Shown here piece after piece: positions 1 through 13,243 of a stretch of DNA of 64,000 nt. Both the position numbers and the translations under genes were made by a program. The notes beneath the pieces are model-generated. The model had not been told where the DNA came from. It did no database searches and saw only the letters and a list, made by a program, of their open reading frames with translations. Every line of letters begins with the position of its first letter. The stretch's first letter is position 1. This stretch comes from Mobula hypostoma (taxonomy: Eukaryota): positions 23,684,001-23,748,000 of the forward strand of contig NC_086108.1 in the NCBI RefSeq assembly GCF_963921235.1, written 5' to 3'.

Positions 1-1265
1 ATCAGCTCCTCCATCTCCACGCCATCTGCTCTCAGGATGATGCTTTTCATTCTAAATCTACTGAGATATCCTCCTTCTTCAAAGAAAGAGGATCCTCTTC
101 CTCCACCATCACTGTTGCCCTCACCTGCATCTCTTCCATTTTGCCAGGTCTGCCCTCAACTCCATCTTCCCACCACCGCACCAGGGATAAGGTTCCTCTG
201 GTCCTCACCTACTACCCCACTAGACTCCACGTCAAGCACATAATTCTCCACAACCTCTGCCATCTCCAACCACCAAGCACCTTTCCCTCCTCCCCACTTT
301 CCACTTTCTACAGGGATCCGTCCCTATGTAACTCCCTTGTCCACTCTTCCCTCCCTACTGATCTCCGTCCTGGTACTTATCCTTACAAGATGAACAAGTG
401 TCACACCTGCCCCTATATCTCCTCCCTCATTACCATTCAGGGCCCCAAACAATCCTTCCAGGTGAAATGACATTTTATCTGAGAGTCTGTAGGGGTTGCG
501 TGCTGTATCTAGTGCTTCCCTCACCCCCATCCTCCCACCGCTGCACCAGGGATAGGGTGGTGCATTGATGGTGGAGGAAGAGAAGCCTCTTTCTTTGAAG
601 AAGGGGGATATCTCAGTAGTCTGTAGGGGTTGTATACTGTATTCAGTGCTCCCAGTGTGGCGTTCTGTACATTGATGAGACTTGACATAGACTGGGAGAC
701 CACTTCACAGAGCACTATGCTCTGCCTGCCAGAAAAGAACAGTATCTCCCGGTAGCCACTCAGTTCAACTTTACTTCCCAATCCACGGCCTCCTCTACTG
801 CCACGAAGAGGCCACACTTAGGTTGGAGGAGCACCACCTTATATTCTGTCTGCGTAGCCTCCAAACTGATGACATGAACATCGATTTCTGGTCATTGCCC
901 CCCTCCCCCTTTCACCATTTCCCATTCCTGTTTCCCTCTCTCATCTTATTTCCCTCTGGTGCTCTTCCTCCTTCCCTTTCTTCCATGGTGTCCTATCAGA
1001 TTCCCCCTTCTTCAGCCTGATATCTCTTTCACCAATCAACTTCCCACCGCTTTACTTCACCCCTCCCCCTCTCTTGGTTTCACCTATCTCCTACCATTTT
1101 GTTCTTCTTCCTCCCCTCCACCACCTTCTTACTCTGTCTTCTCGTGTTTCTTTCCAGTGACGATGAAGGATCTTGGCCTGAAACATTGAGTGCCGACACG
1201 TTTCCATAGATGCAGCCTGATCTGCTGAGTTCCTCCAGCTTTTTGTGTGTGTTTCTTTGGATTTG
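1..1265 (+). mobile_element. Penelope-like retroelement, decayed 3' part (linker, GIY-YIG endonuclease remnant and terminal region)
   Basis: ORF 141-470 reads VPLVLTYYP...LVHSSLP...GTYPYKMNKCHTCPYI...GPKQSFQVK, the Cys-rich linker before a GIY-YIG domain. ORF 823 begins EEHHLIFCLRSLQTDDMNIDF, the typical C-terminus. A pyrimidine-rich tract and a hammerhead-like motif near 1160 follow. Confidence 0.8.
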
Positions 1266-1299
1266 TAACAGCAACTGATTTTTTTCATATTTGTGACTG

Positions 1300-1730
1300 T
1301 TTATGATAATCAGCATGGGTTTGTTCAAGGGCAGTCATATCTCACAAATTTGACTGAGTTTTTTTTAAGAGGAGACCAAGGGCAGAGTGGTAGATATGGA
1401 CTTTAGCATGGCCTTTGAAAGATCCGCTATGGTAGGCTGGACCTGAAGGTTAAATCACATGGGATCCAGTGTAGATAACAAGCTGGATGTAAAACTGGCC
1501 TGGTGGTAGGGAGACAGATGGTGATAGTAGAGGTTTGTTTTTGAGACTGAAGATAAATAACCTGTGGTATACTACAGTAATAAGTTCTGGCTCCTTTACA
1601 ATTCTATATATACAATATATATTAATGATTTGGAAGGGACTGTAGGTAGCTGATTAAAAACTTGCATATGACACTAAATTTGGTGGGAAAGTGAACAGCG
1701 ATGGTTGTCTAAGGTTATAATATGGGGAAA
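1300..1730 (+). mobile_element. CR1-clade LINE, old RT-region fragment
   Basis: Degenerate cagcatgggtttg (QHGF), atggactttagcatggcctttga (MDFSxAF) and attaatgatttgga (INDL) motifs; resembles other CR1 copies in the window. Confidence 0.75.
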
Positions 1731-1741
1731 TGTACATTAGG

Positions 1742-1793
1742 GTCTTAAGCACATATATATACGTAGGGTGCCTAAGACTTTTGCACAGTACTG
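1742..1793. mobile_element. Tc1/mariner-type miniature element, left end truncated
   Basis: Inverted arms gtcttaagcac (1742-1752) and gtgcctaagac (1768-1778). The right end aagacttttgcacagtactg is followed by TA and is the reverse complement of a CAGTACTGTGCAAAAGT Tc1-type terminal inverted repeat (TIR). Confidence 0.6.
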
Positions 1794-2183
1794 TAGTAAT
1801 TTTATGTATTGCACTGTACTGCTGTTGCAAAAGAAAACAAATTACATGACAAATATGAGTGATGAACCTGATTCTGATATGAGTCTCTATTATGGACTGA
1901 GATTTGAAAAGGGGCAGGGAGAGGGGAATTATGTTTGGGAAAAGGGGAAGGGAGAGGGGATAGAGCAGGAAGCACCAGAGAGACACTCTCTGATGATCAA
2001 TAAACTAATTGCTTGGAATCAAATGACCTTTCCTGGTTTCTCAGGGTTGGGTGTGACTGTACCTGCGTCGCCTCTCACCCCAGGCACCCCTTCTCTGCTA
2101 CCTGTCCCACACCCCTCCTGTGGTGCTCCACCCTTGCCATTCCCAACATGCTTTGCTTCAGCCATATTTACAAACTTGCTCTT

Positions 2184-2851
2184 CACTTTCAAGTTCCTAG
2201 GTGTCAAGATATCTGAGGATCTCAGCCGGTCCCAAGATATTGATGCAGTTATAAAGAAGGCAAGGCAGTGGTGATACTTCATTAAGAGTTTGAGAATATT
2301 TGTCTTGTCCCCTAAAACACTTGAGAACTTCCACAGATGTACCATGGAGAGAATTCTGACAGGCTGCTTCACTGTCTGGTATGGAAGGGGCTACTGCACA
2401 GTATCGAAAGAAGCTACAGAGAGTTGTAAAATTACTCAGCTTCATCCTGGGGACTAGCCTCCGTAATACCAAGGCATCTTCAAGGAATGGTACCTCAGAA
2501 TGGTGACGTCCATTATTAATGACCCCCATCACCCAGGACATGCCATTTTCTCATTGTTACCATTAGGAAGGAGGTATAGAAGCCTGAAGGCACACATTCA
2601 GCGATTCAGGAACAGCTTCTTCCCCTCTGCCATCCAATTTTTCAATGGACATTGAACCTGTGAACACTACCTCACTTTTTTAAATACATATTATTTCTGT
2701 TTTTGCACTTTTTTAACCTATTCAATATACATATAGTGTATTTGATTGATTGATTGATTTTCTTCTATATTATATATTGCATTGAACTGCTGCTGCTAAG
2801 TTAACAAATTTCACAACATATGCCAGTGATCATAAACCTGATTCTGATTCC
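2184..2851 (+). mobile_element. Rex1/Babar-type LINE, 3' fragment
   Basis: Encodes FKFLGVKISEDLS...KKARQ, then ESILTGC-like and LLPxGRRYRS-like stretches. It ends in aaacctgattctgattc and parallels the Rex1 copy at 18550-19871. Confidence 0.8.
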
Positions 2852-2854
2852 GAA

Positions 2855-5060
2855 CAGCCTTTGAACCTTCTCTAGTTTCAGCATATCCTTTTGAAGATAA
2901 GGGGCCCAAAACTCTTCTCAATACTCAAAGTGAGACCTCAACAGTGCTTTATAAAGTCTCAATGTTACATCCTTGCTTTTATATTCTAATCCTCTTGAAA
3001 TGAATGCTAACATTGCATTTGCCTTCCTCATCACAGACTCAACCTAAGAGTAAAAGGCAGTGAGAGTTGATATAGGACCACTGGAAAATATTGCTGGTGA
3101 GGTAGTAATGGAGGACAAAGAAATGGCAGATGAACATATTGGGTACTTTGCATCTGTCTTCACTGAGGAAGACACTAGCAGTGTGCCAGAGCTCCATGAG
3201 TGTCAGGAAGCAGGAGTAAGTGTCGTTGCTATACAAAGGAAAATGTGCTCGGCAAACTCAGAGGTCTTAAGGTGGATAAGTCACCAGGGGCAGAAGAACT
3301 ACATCCCAGAGTCCTGAGAGAGGTTGCTGAAGAGATAATAGATGCATTGGTCATAATCTTTCAAGAATCACTCGATTCTGGCATGGTCCCAGAGGACTGG
3401 AAGATTGCAAATGTCACTCCACTTTTTAAGAAGGGAGGAAGGCTAAATAAAAGAAATTATAGGCTAGTTAACCTAACCTCAGTGGTTGGGGGAAGTGTTG
3501 GAGTTTATTATTAAGGATGAGGTTTCGGGGTGCTTAGAGATTAAGGATAAAATAAGTCAAAGTCAGCATGGTTTCTGTAAAAAGAAATCTTGCCTGACAA
3601 ATCTGCTGGAATTCGGGAAAGTAACAAACAGGGTGGACAAAGGAGAGACAATGAATGTCATTTACTTGGATTTTAAGAAGGCACTTGATAAGGTGTCATA
3701 CATGAGGCTGCTTAACAAGATAAGCTGTGGTGTTGCAGGAAAGATACTGTCATAGATAGCAGAATGGCTGACAGACAGGAGGCAGCAAGTGGGAATAAAA
3801 GGGACCCCTTCTGGTTGGCTGCCAGTGACTCAGGGGTCAGTATTGGGTCCGCTACTTTTCACATTGTTTGTCAATGATTTGGATCATGGAATTGGAGGCT
3901 TTGCGGATGATACGAAGATAGGTAGAGGAGTAACTAGTGCTGAGGAAGTAATGCGACGACAGCAGGACTTAGACAAATTGGAAGAATGAACAGAAAAATG
4001 GCAAATGGAATACAATGTTTGGAAATGTAGCATAATGCATTTTGGTGCAAGACTCCCAGAAGGTTAATTTACAGATTGAGTCTGTGGTAAAGAAGGCAAA
4101 TGCAATGTTTGCATTTATTTCAAGGGGAATAGAATATAAAGGCAAAGAGATAATGCTGAGCCTTTATAAGACACTAGTCAGGCACATGTGGAGTATTGTC
4201 AATAGTTTTGGGCTCGATATCTTGGAAAAGATGTGTTGTCATTGGAGAGAGTTCAGAGGAGGTTCATGAGGATGACTCCAGGAATGAAGGGGTTAACATA
4301 TGAGGAGTATTTGGCAGCTTTGTTTCTGTACTCACTGGAATTTAGAAAAATACATGGGGATCTCATTGAAACCTACCTAATGTTGAAATGACTAGATAGG
4401 GTGGATGTGGAGAGGATGTTACTTCTGGTGGGGGTATCGAGAACTAGAGGGGACAGCCTCAAAACTGAGGGGCAACAGAGGTAAGGAGGAATTTTTTTTT
4501 TAGCCAGAGAGTAGTGAATCTGTGGAATGGCAGAGCAGACATATGGGCTAAGTGGCCTAATCCTGCTTCTATCTTTTATGGTTTCATGGAGTAATTTTTT
4601 CAGCCAAAGAGTGGTGAACCTGTGGACAGATTGTGGTGGGAGTCAGCTCCATTGGTATATTCAAAGTGGAAGTTGATACGATTCCTGATTGGTCGGGGCA
4701 TCAAGGGATATGGTGAGAGGGCAGGTGTATAGGGTTGAATGGGATCCAGGATCAGCCAAGATAAAATGGCGGAGTGGTTCAATGGGATGAATGGCCTAAT
4801 TCTGTGCCTATGTCTTATGGTCTAACCTGCAAATTAACCTTTAGGGAATCTTGCACAGGGACTCCCAAGTCACTTTGCACCTCAGTGTTTTGTATTTTCT
4901 GTCCATTTAGAAAATAGTCAACCCTTTCATTTCTTTTACCAAAGTGCATGAACATACACTTCCCAACACTGTATTCCATCTGCCATTTCTTTGCTCATTC
5001 TCCTTATCTGTCAAAGTCCTTCAAAAGTGTCTCTACTTCCTCAAAACCACCCATCACTCC
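2855..5060 (-). mobile_element. CR1-clade LINE fragment split by a younger CR1 (parts 2855-3045 and 4824-5060)
   Basis: Antisense CR1 RT C-terminal sequence reads continuously across the insertion (cacagactc-aacct / aacct-gcaaattaacc). Confidence 0.8.
3046..4823 (+). mobile_element. CR1-clade LINE, 5'-truncated, with two tandem 3' ends
   Basis: ORFs 3060-4269 carry VDKSPG, PEDWKIANVTPLFKKGG, QHGF, YLDFKKA, QGSVLGP and FADD. The 5-bp TSD aacct is at 3041-3045 and 4824-4828. Tail-like ttatggt sequences occur near 4575 and 4815. Confidence 0.92.
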
Positions 5061-5074
5061 ACCAGAATGGGCCT

Positions 5075-5375
5075 GTTTACCCAAGATATAGAAAAGGTAA
5101 ATAATCATAATCCTTTCCTCAGGACAAGGGAGTTAAAAATAGAAGACATAAATTTAAGGTACGAAGAGAAAGATTTCATAGAGAGAATAGTGGATATATG
5201 AGCTGGCTGCTAGAGGAGGGTACAATTATAACGGCTAAAGTGCATTTAAACTCAAATGTGGATAGGTTCAAAGAGATAGGTACCAAAAGCAGACAAATGT
5301 CTTCAGCATTGGTAAGCATCTTGTTTTGCAATGGATGAGCTGGGTTGAAGTGCCTGCTTCTGTGTTGTATAACTC
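5075..5375 (+). mobile_element. CR1 3' end, heavily decayed
   Basis: Resembles other CR1 3' regions (agaagacataaatttaaggt; cctgcttctgtgttgtataactc tail). Confidence 0.55.
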
Positions 5376-6054
5376 AGTGAATTTACTTGTTGTTTTAAGT
5401 TATTTTGTACATTTCCTGTTATTTTCAAAAACTAATTATAATACTGAGTTTTGGAAAAGCAGTTTAATGGCAGCTTGTGGTTGTAAATGCAAAGTAGGTA
5501 AGAATTAATGTGTGCTTAAATTATTGTAGTTCTTATTGACATCGTGGTTCTCTCAGCTGTACCCAAGCACCAACACTTTTTTCAGTTTCTCTCACTGTAA
5601 TATTGCATCTCACCTTTCACAACCAGTGGGAGTAGAGTTCATCTTCAGATCTAATGGAAAATTCTTCTATCAACGATGACTACACTCCAGAGCCAAGGTC
5701 CTCTAACCTCAGTTGTTGAGCTGCAGTGTGCAGAATCCTAGGAGACCTCCCTAATATAGCTGTAAGTGGCTGACATCAGCAGTAACAGGCTGGGCTGATG
5801 CTGAGGACAGGAAAATGAGAGTGATGGTGACCCAGACCTTAATAGCAAATTGAGGAATTTGGTTGTGCTTATGTTTGAGGCTGCAGGTGGTCACAGATCT
5901 CTGTGAGAACAAGTTTGAGCATCATCTATTTAGTGAGTGGTATCTGGGGAAACACAGTCAATAAAATCTTGTTGTTTTGTAAGCAAGTAACTTCAGAGGC
6001 TGAATTTTTAACTAGAAGTATATTTTGTATGTTGAACTTCTTCCCCAATATTAG

Positions 6055-6200
6055 TGACCATGCTTTAAGTTGCCTTGGCCCTAAGTTCTGAAATTCCTTC
6101 ACAAACTTTCTGTCTGGTCTAACTCCCCCTCCACCTTAAGTTGCTCCATTTAATGTATCAACTTGACTGAAGTTTCTATCCTTATATTTCCTCATGTGAG
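6055..6200 (+). mobile_element. L2-like LINE 3' remnant
   Basis: gccttggccctaagttctgaaattcc resembles the L2 'AFS..GPxLWNSLP' C-terminal region. Confidence 0.4.
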
Positions 6201-7914
6201 AGATTTTCTTTAGGACAGCAGCAGAAAGAAGGTGAGTTCTTTCTCAGGTGAGTGTCAACAGTGATCTCTGTGAAGCTCAGTGAACAGCAGAGTATCTGAC
6301 CTACTAACAAGTTGAGGGAATTAAGGACTCAAGTCTGACTTGCTGCTGCTCCTTCAAGAAAAGCAATAGAGATGGGAGAATACTGAAAAACAAAAGAAAA
6401 TTTACAGCATCCTCTATATGTAATCCTTGAGATAGTTATAATACTGCTGAGGATCATCACTCATGTTTGAGGGAGTAGAGTCACCCCTGAACTGGAGTCA
6501 TACATAGATCAAATATCCTTCCCTTCAACCATTTAGGACTGGACCATGACCTGACAGCTTCCTTGCCTGGTTTTCCTTTCAGTGCTCACGGCAGATTGGC
6601 TTTGACTTCATTTTCACAACTTGTTTTAGTGGAAACTGAACTCACAGTCTCTGGCTTGCTCAACCTATGCCACGTCCGCCAAGCTACCATGCTAATTAAA
6701 TGCAGTGGCTGTTAAAATATGTAGGGCATGTTTTGTTCTGAAATATAAAACACACGTAACTAACTGCTAAAGAACAAAAGGATCCAGCTTTAAAATAAAA
6801 AATGTAAGGTTATGAATCCTGTAAGTTTATCACTTCGGCCAATACTCTTAACAGATTGTAAAATATTATGTTATCACGTTATCAAACAAGTGTGCTCAGT
6901 CTAAAGGAATGTACCAGAAGCATAAAATTCCCCCATTAACACAGCACAAGGCATTAAATCCTATTGAAATTCTGCATTGATTGAATGTGGATATCCCTGG
7001 AAAGTGTGCGCTGTCACATGGTATCACACATGATGAGACAAGAACCAGTTGGGAGGAAATGTCAACAGGGAAGTATTAACAAAACCATCATTACAAACAA
7101 CTTTTTCCCGTCACTTAGAGCAGCCATACTTATGTAGTCAGCTTCAAACTAAAACCTCTAAATCGTATCAAAACAAGTGACCTACGCGGTTTCATACACA
7201 GCTCAGATATCTGAAACAAGTATCATTTCTTCTCTATTATAAAAAAGCAATCTTTACAAGGTGTATCTTAAACTTTTAAAACCAGAGATTAAGGACTGTA
7301 CAACATAGTCAATAGCATATCATGGCCTGACACAGAAAAATAATTTTCCTAACCTTCACGGGGATAAATCTTCTGTAGGATCATCACCTGAAGCAGATTC
7401 AGAGTTCATTTACACTGTGTTAATAATAGAGAAATGTTGCTTCCTTCGATATTCATCTAGTTCAATTCAATGGGTATTGACATTATTCTTCCTCTACTCC
7501 TATACTCTGGTATTCCATCTTCACAAAACTACACCTATTTTTCCCAACAAAAACTGTACATGCTTCCCGTCCAAAATACTTCTTCTCTCCATTTATCCTC
7601 CATCTATCATCTATATACCAATGGAGCCTCACCAGAACCTTTAGGGCCATTATCACTTTATTTTACAGCAGAATTACACAAAATGCAATATGCTGGTGGC
7701 TGGACTACAGAGGACCATTCGCCAAAAGGAACTCAGGCAAGACAAGTATGTACCAAATAACCTGTTTTCTGTAGATCCACTTCTACAGACTTTGCCTCAG
7801 AGAGGAAGCAAGAACAAAAAGACCATTACCAGTTTTAAAACCTTCCAAATAAATGTCATGCACTGGCTCTTAATGGGAGGGTCTCTCAAAATATTTGAGC
7901 TGTAAGGGATTGAA

Positions 7915-8405
7915 AGGTTTACCAGGAAGCAGCCTGGATTAGAGAGCATGTGCTAAAACGAGAGTATGGACAAATTTAGATTGTTCTCTCTGGAGCAGCA
8001 GAGGCTGGGGGAGATCTGATAGAGGTTTATATGATTATGAAAGGCTTAGATGAAGTAGACAGACAGTATCTTTTTCCTACGGTTGAAATGCCTAATAGCA
8101 GAGGGTATGCATTTAAGATGAGAGAGGGTAACTTCAAAGGACATGTGAGGGATAAGTGCTTTTACCCAGAGAATAGTGCTTGGCTGGACTGTGCTGTGGG
8201 GGGGCGGGCGCTGATGGCAGATACATATTGGACTTTTAAGAGACATTTAGATAGGCACACGAATGTGAGGAAAATGGAAGGATATGGGCATAAGAGGTTA
8301 GTTTAGTTGGCCATTTGATTGCTAATTTATTTGGTTTGGCATAACACTGTGGGCTGATGGGCCTGCTTTAGTTCCTGTGCTGTACTGTTCTGAGTTCTAT
8401 GCTCT
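7915..8405 (+). mobile_element. CR1-clade LINE 3' fragment
   Basis: ORF 8031 (IMKGLDEVDRQYLFP...RGYAFK...FKRHLDRH); tail gtgctgtactgttctgagttctatgctctg. Confidence 0.85.
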
Positions 8406-11400
8406 GTGGTAACAAAGTGAGTTGTCCTAGTTATTGGCAGAGTGCATGAAGTCAATGCTGCATCCAGAAGCTGAAAGATATAAATGAACCAGGAGAGAAA
8501 AGTGTTCAAGTACTTAACATTCTAAAAATGCAGATGGTTAAAACTACAAAGATTACCACCTCTCTAGATTTCATATGTAGTGAAACAAAGTTCAAAATCA
8601 AGAAGTGATGAAGATCTTGGACAAAATAATTGGTTACATTATTGATAAACAAATTTGATAATTTGGGATATCATATCACAAGGTTACACAACAGATCAAA
8701 GGAATAAGAAGGCAGAAGTGGAAGGAAACAGCTGATATACTGGGTCACTCTTACTAAATTGTTAGCAATAAATGTGGTGGATCGTTTATAAAATTATCTT
8801 GAGTTAGTAACAAAAATTGTCAGTAATATCAAATGGTTGCGAAAAATAAGTGATTGGGAGAAAGTTCTTAGAAGTTCCAGCAGAACTGAATTCATTATCT
8901 CAAGGGCTCACTGATATTTCATTGAGGAAAAGTGAATAAATTGTTGGAAGCAAATAGAGCAACGGGGAGATCCAGAGCCAATAGGATAGCTTAAACTGTG
9001 CTAACTTACAGTAGCACTAAATTGATTCTTTCATTGTTGTACATTTTCTTAAGTTTGCTCCAAACTCTACTACCTCTCCAGCCCTGAAAAAGTAAGCAAA
9101 TCAACTTAATCTTGAAAAGTAGTCACATCAGGTCGAATACAATTGTAAGTTACAGCTGAGGACAAAAAAGGCACTTTTAGCTCTACAACAAAGTTTATAA
9201 TTCTTGTGAATCATAAACTTGTCCTTCAGTACATCTGTCTTCTCCTCTGCCTAATTTGTTGAATCACCATTAATAAATAGAATGAAAGTTTGTGAGTTTC
9301 AGTAGGGTAATGCATTACCTGTTGAGGTGCAGAGTGAAGTCTGTCAACAGATAAACCGTAATTAAAATAGGGAAAGCTGGAAATACTTAGCAGGTAAGAC
9401 AGCATCAATGGAGAGAGAAAGCATTCATGTTTCAAGTCAATGATCTGCCACTGGGACTGAAAAAAAGCTTCAAATGTGTTATCTTCTTCAACTCTTCCTC
9501 TCCCCTCCAACTCAACCTGCCGACATTTCCCAGCTTACACCAATCACTTTGCAGGACTGATCAATAATACCTGAAGCTAATCAACACGGCCAATTTCCCT
9601 TGACTCTTTGCATTACTTCCCTTTAATTTATCAGCACAAATTGAGAAAAGGCCATTGGGTAGACAGACAGGTGTTATATTTTGCCACCTGAAGCCCATCC
9701 ATCTGGTGCTAGTAGACAACTCTGCTGTGGCAGTGGTGTTTCATTTCAATCAAATGTGCAGTAGGACAAAATCTTAATATGACTGCAGAGACTGCATGCA
9801 GGGCGAGTGTGGGGAATGAGATGGGTGCTGCATAAACTGGCCTACTATATAACATACCAAGCTGTGCAGTGAAATCTTCAGTTTGTGGCTTTTCCTATAC
9901 GACAATAGTAACGGTGTTTGAAAAGGCCCTTTATTAACCACCTTTGGGCATTTGATGGTCACAAAAGGCTCAACAGGAATGTAAGTTCTTCCTATGTTTA
10001 CCAAACCATCTGTAAAAGCAGTGGCCAAAAGCCAAGTTCTTCTCTAGCTGCCCCAGGAGGTGAGGTGAGCTCCACTGCACTTTGTTTTAAGGGCAATGAG
10101 AGAAGAATGGCAAGGTGGAAGCCTCATATTTCAGCTCACTCTGGTATTCCCTTCCCACAGCTTCTGTTTATGTATCTCCAAGTTCAACTCAGCAGGGGGG
10201 TAGTTAACAACATTCTGGCTGAGGGACTGCCAAACTAAACACCATCACTCATCCAAGACAAGTATAGCATGTAACAGTGGAGACCAAACATCACCATTAA
10301 AAGTTGAACATCCAAGACCGTTTCATCTCTCTGTCTTTAGGAGATGAAATGGAATGCGTGTTATTGTGAGGTGCACCCTTCCAATACACAGCCAGAGCTG
10401 TTTAATTCGAATTATTTTATGATCTATGTTTTTCTTGTGCTTAAAATCTTGCTCCTTTTCACTGGAAGGCAATGATCCAACAAGAAAGTGTAGATTATCA
10501 TGGATAGCAAAGGAGAAGGACTGTGAAGGAAAGTTAAAGCAACAAAGGTGTTTGATTTCACAGGGAGATGGTTCACCTGTCCAGATTCACCCCTTCCTAG
10601 ATGTGAGAAGGCACTGGACACAGCGGACATTTTAAAATAAATACACTTCAAACAACAATTGACCAGAATATCTGTGGGCTCTGAAAAGGAAATTGAATTT
10701 GGATTGTTAATGTTAAAAAGTAATTTCTCTCATTCCCTCTGCAATTGACCTTCAGCATCAGGCATCCTGCCTTCAATCAAGCTTGTGCTGTGCTGACTTG
10801 TACAGTACTGACAGACTCCATGGAATCTAATCCTCCCGTGTTTTTTTCAGGTGTGTGGTACCTTATAATGGAGTCAGTTTTCACAGGCATTTTTCACACG
10901 GAAATGAGGAATGGTGACGTTAGACCATGCAACTACAGTTGGCAACCAGTTCCTTCCTGACCAAATTCACCCAGGCAGAAGTGTTATACTGTCTATCCTA
11001 CACTAGGAAATTTAAGATCATTAAATCGTGATTTGAGCTTTAAGGTTTGTTTATGAAACTCTTCTAAGACTTGAAATGCAGGATCCCTCAGGAACTCCAC
11101 TATGTTAATGCCAGCCTTCTCTTTAGTTCTGCAATGTACAGTTGATCTTCCTTTCACTCATGCCTTTTGAAACATTTGATATCCACGTAGCAGAGAGCAG
11201 CCAACAGCAATTCTGGAGGAGAGGCACTGATAGTTAAAGGAATGGATTTAAGTTGCAACCTGGTCACTACCGAAGAACATTTATTGATAGTTTTCCCCAC
11301 AGAAAGGATTTGACATGAAGGAATTCTTTTGTTGATAAGGCTACACTTATGCATAAAATAAAAAAGGAAACGATGGCTAGAATGCAAACTTTCTGTTATT

Positions 11401-11954
11401 ATTGTTTGCTTTTCTTGTTAGCCAACTAACACCTTCTATCCAAGGTGTGGGAGCTCCACAATCCTAGCACTTAGCTTGGGGCACGGTGATCATCTCAAAA
11501 TGATAAAAGTTGGCCAAATATCTTTTATGGAAAGCGTGCATGCAACAAGTATGGTTTGTTTTGATTTCTCCCTCCAACTGATGCAGAGTTCTGTGGCACA
11601 AGGCACCCTGACTTACTACAAAGGATTGAGCAGTCACTGGACTGTCAGTTCTTGTGGGTACCGGCTTGTTTTCGCGAACAAAAGAGCAAATGTGTATAAA
11701 GCTGGCAGGCGGAATGAACCAGATCCTAATGCTGTTAGCCAGTAGGCCTCAATAATCTTCTGCCACTTCTGGACACAACAGGTGACTGGGCTGGCAAACC
11801 ATTGCCACTATGAAGGGAAGCAAGTGCAGGTTGAGCAAAGGCTGTTGGTTCTTGTGACCCGTTGCTGCCTCTCCCTTACATTCCTTGCCATTCCATTCAG
11901 TTCAGGCTCACATCTAAACTTCAAAGATTTGCTTTTATCTATTGATTGTTACGG

Positions 11955-13030
11955 AAATCTGGGCTTCATGGCAAAGTCAGCATTTATTTTGCATCTCTCC
12001 CTGCCCCTGAGAAGGTGAGGTTCCTCCCTCAGTTCAGGAGGTGAAGTCAGAGTAGCCAGTGTGAGTAAGTGTAGTGTATTATGTAGATGGCACACACTTC
12101 AGCCATGGTGTGTCAATGTTGGAGGGAATCAATTGGCGGGGTGCCAATCAAGCAGGCTTTGTTGTACTAATGATATATGTGTAACTTCTTGAGAGTAACT
12201 GTAATTGCACTCATCCAGGCAAATATAAGAATATTCCATCACACACCTGACTTGCTCTTTGAAGATAGTGGAAAGGCTTTAGGTGTTAGGAAGTGAGACA
12301 CTTAACGAGGGATACTAAGTGCCTGGTCAGCTCTTGTAACCATAGCATTTATGTTGTTAGTCCAGTTGAGTTTCGGGCCAGTGATGATCCCCAAGATATT
12401 GATGGTGGGAACCTGGTGATAGGAGTGATTGATTATCAAGCATAGGCAATTAGTTTTCTCTTATTAGGAATTACCACTGCCTGGTATATTTGTGTTGTGA
12501 ATATTACTTGTTTCTGATCCAGCCCATGCCTGAGTATTCTCTGGTCTTGTTGCATGAAGAAATGGGCTGCATCATTTTCTGATGAGTTTGGAATATAGTT
12601 GAATGTTACAGTATGCAGATTACCACAATTCTGACCTTGGGGTGGAGGCAAGGACTTGAGGAAACAGATGAAGATAGTTGGACCAAAGGGCACTGCTGTG
12701 AGAAACTTCAGCAGTGGTACGCTAAGCTGAGACGCTTGACCCAACAACTACAAACATCTTCCTTCGTGTTAGGGCTGCATTCTTTTTGATGAACACTGAC
12801 TTCTGTTTTACCAGAGTGTCTTAGTGCCACACTTGGTGAAATAATATAGTGATACCAAGGAGTGTCACTCCCACATCAGCTCTGAGATACTGCTGTTTGG
12901 TCCATGTATTGACTGAAGCTGTGATGAGGTTTGGAGGTGAGTGGTGCTGTGAAAACCCAAAGTGAGCATGCTGGTTATTGCAGGGTAAGTGCCACTTGGG
13001 AACATTAGCTATGACACCAGCTTCACCCTG
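11955..13030 (-). mobile_element. Ancient non-LTR retrotransposon (RT remnant), family uncertain
   Basis: The minus strand at about 12820-12865 reads L-G-I-T-I-L-F-H-Q-V-W-H, a decayed LDIxxAFDxVWH RT motif. A similar family appears on + at 30750-31110. Confidence 0.55.
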
Positions 13031-13243
13031 TTGATGCTAGACCAATCTGCCCAGAGTAGGTGAAAGTGATAGCCCTATTTCCCCTTTTAATTGCAAACTT
13101 CATTCCAAAGGATATCACATTGTCTTTACACTCTCTATTAGTTACTTTTTCAAACAAGATCAAACAAACAACAAACTCTCCAATGTGAGCTTCGTTGTAA
13201 AGATCTGGTCCATCATTAAGACCACCTATATCCATCCAATATT

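Noticed and set aside
10424..10960. Short ORFs and a strong acceptor-like tttttttcag near 10850
   Set aside because: There is no convincing donor or recognisable protein similarity.
11476..11745. ORF containing GTLTYYK (PH-domain-like) after a pyrimidine tract and AG
   Set aside because: There is no upstream RxFVL-type motif, the donor site is weak and no partner exons were found.
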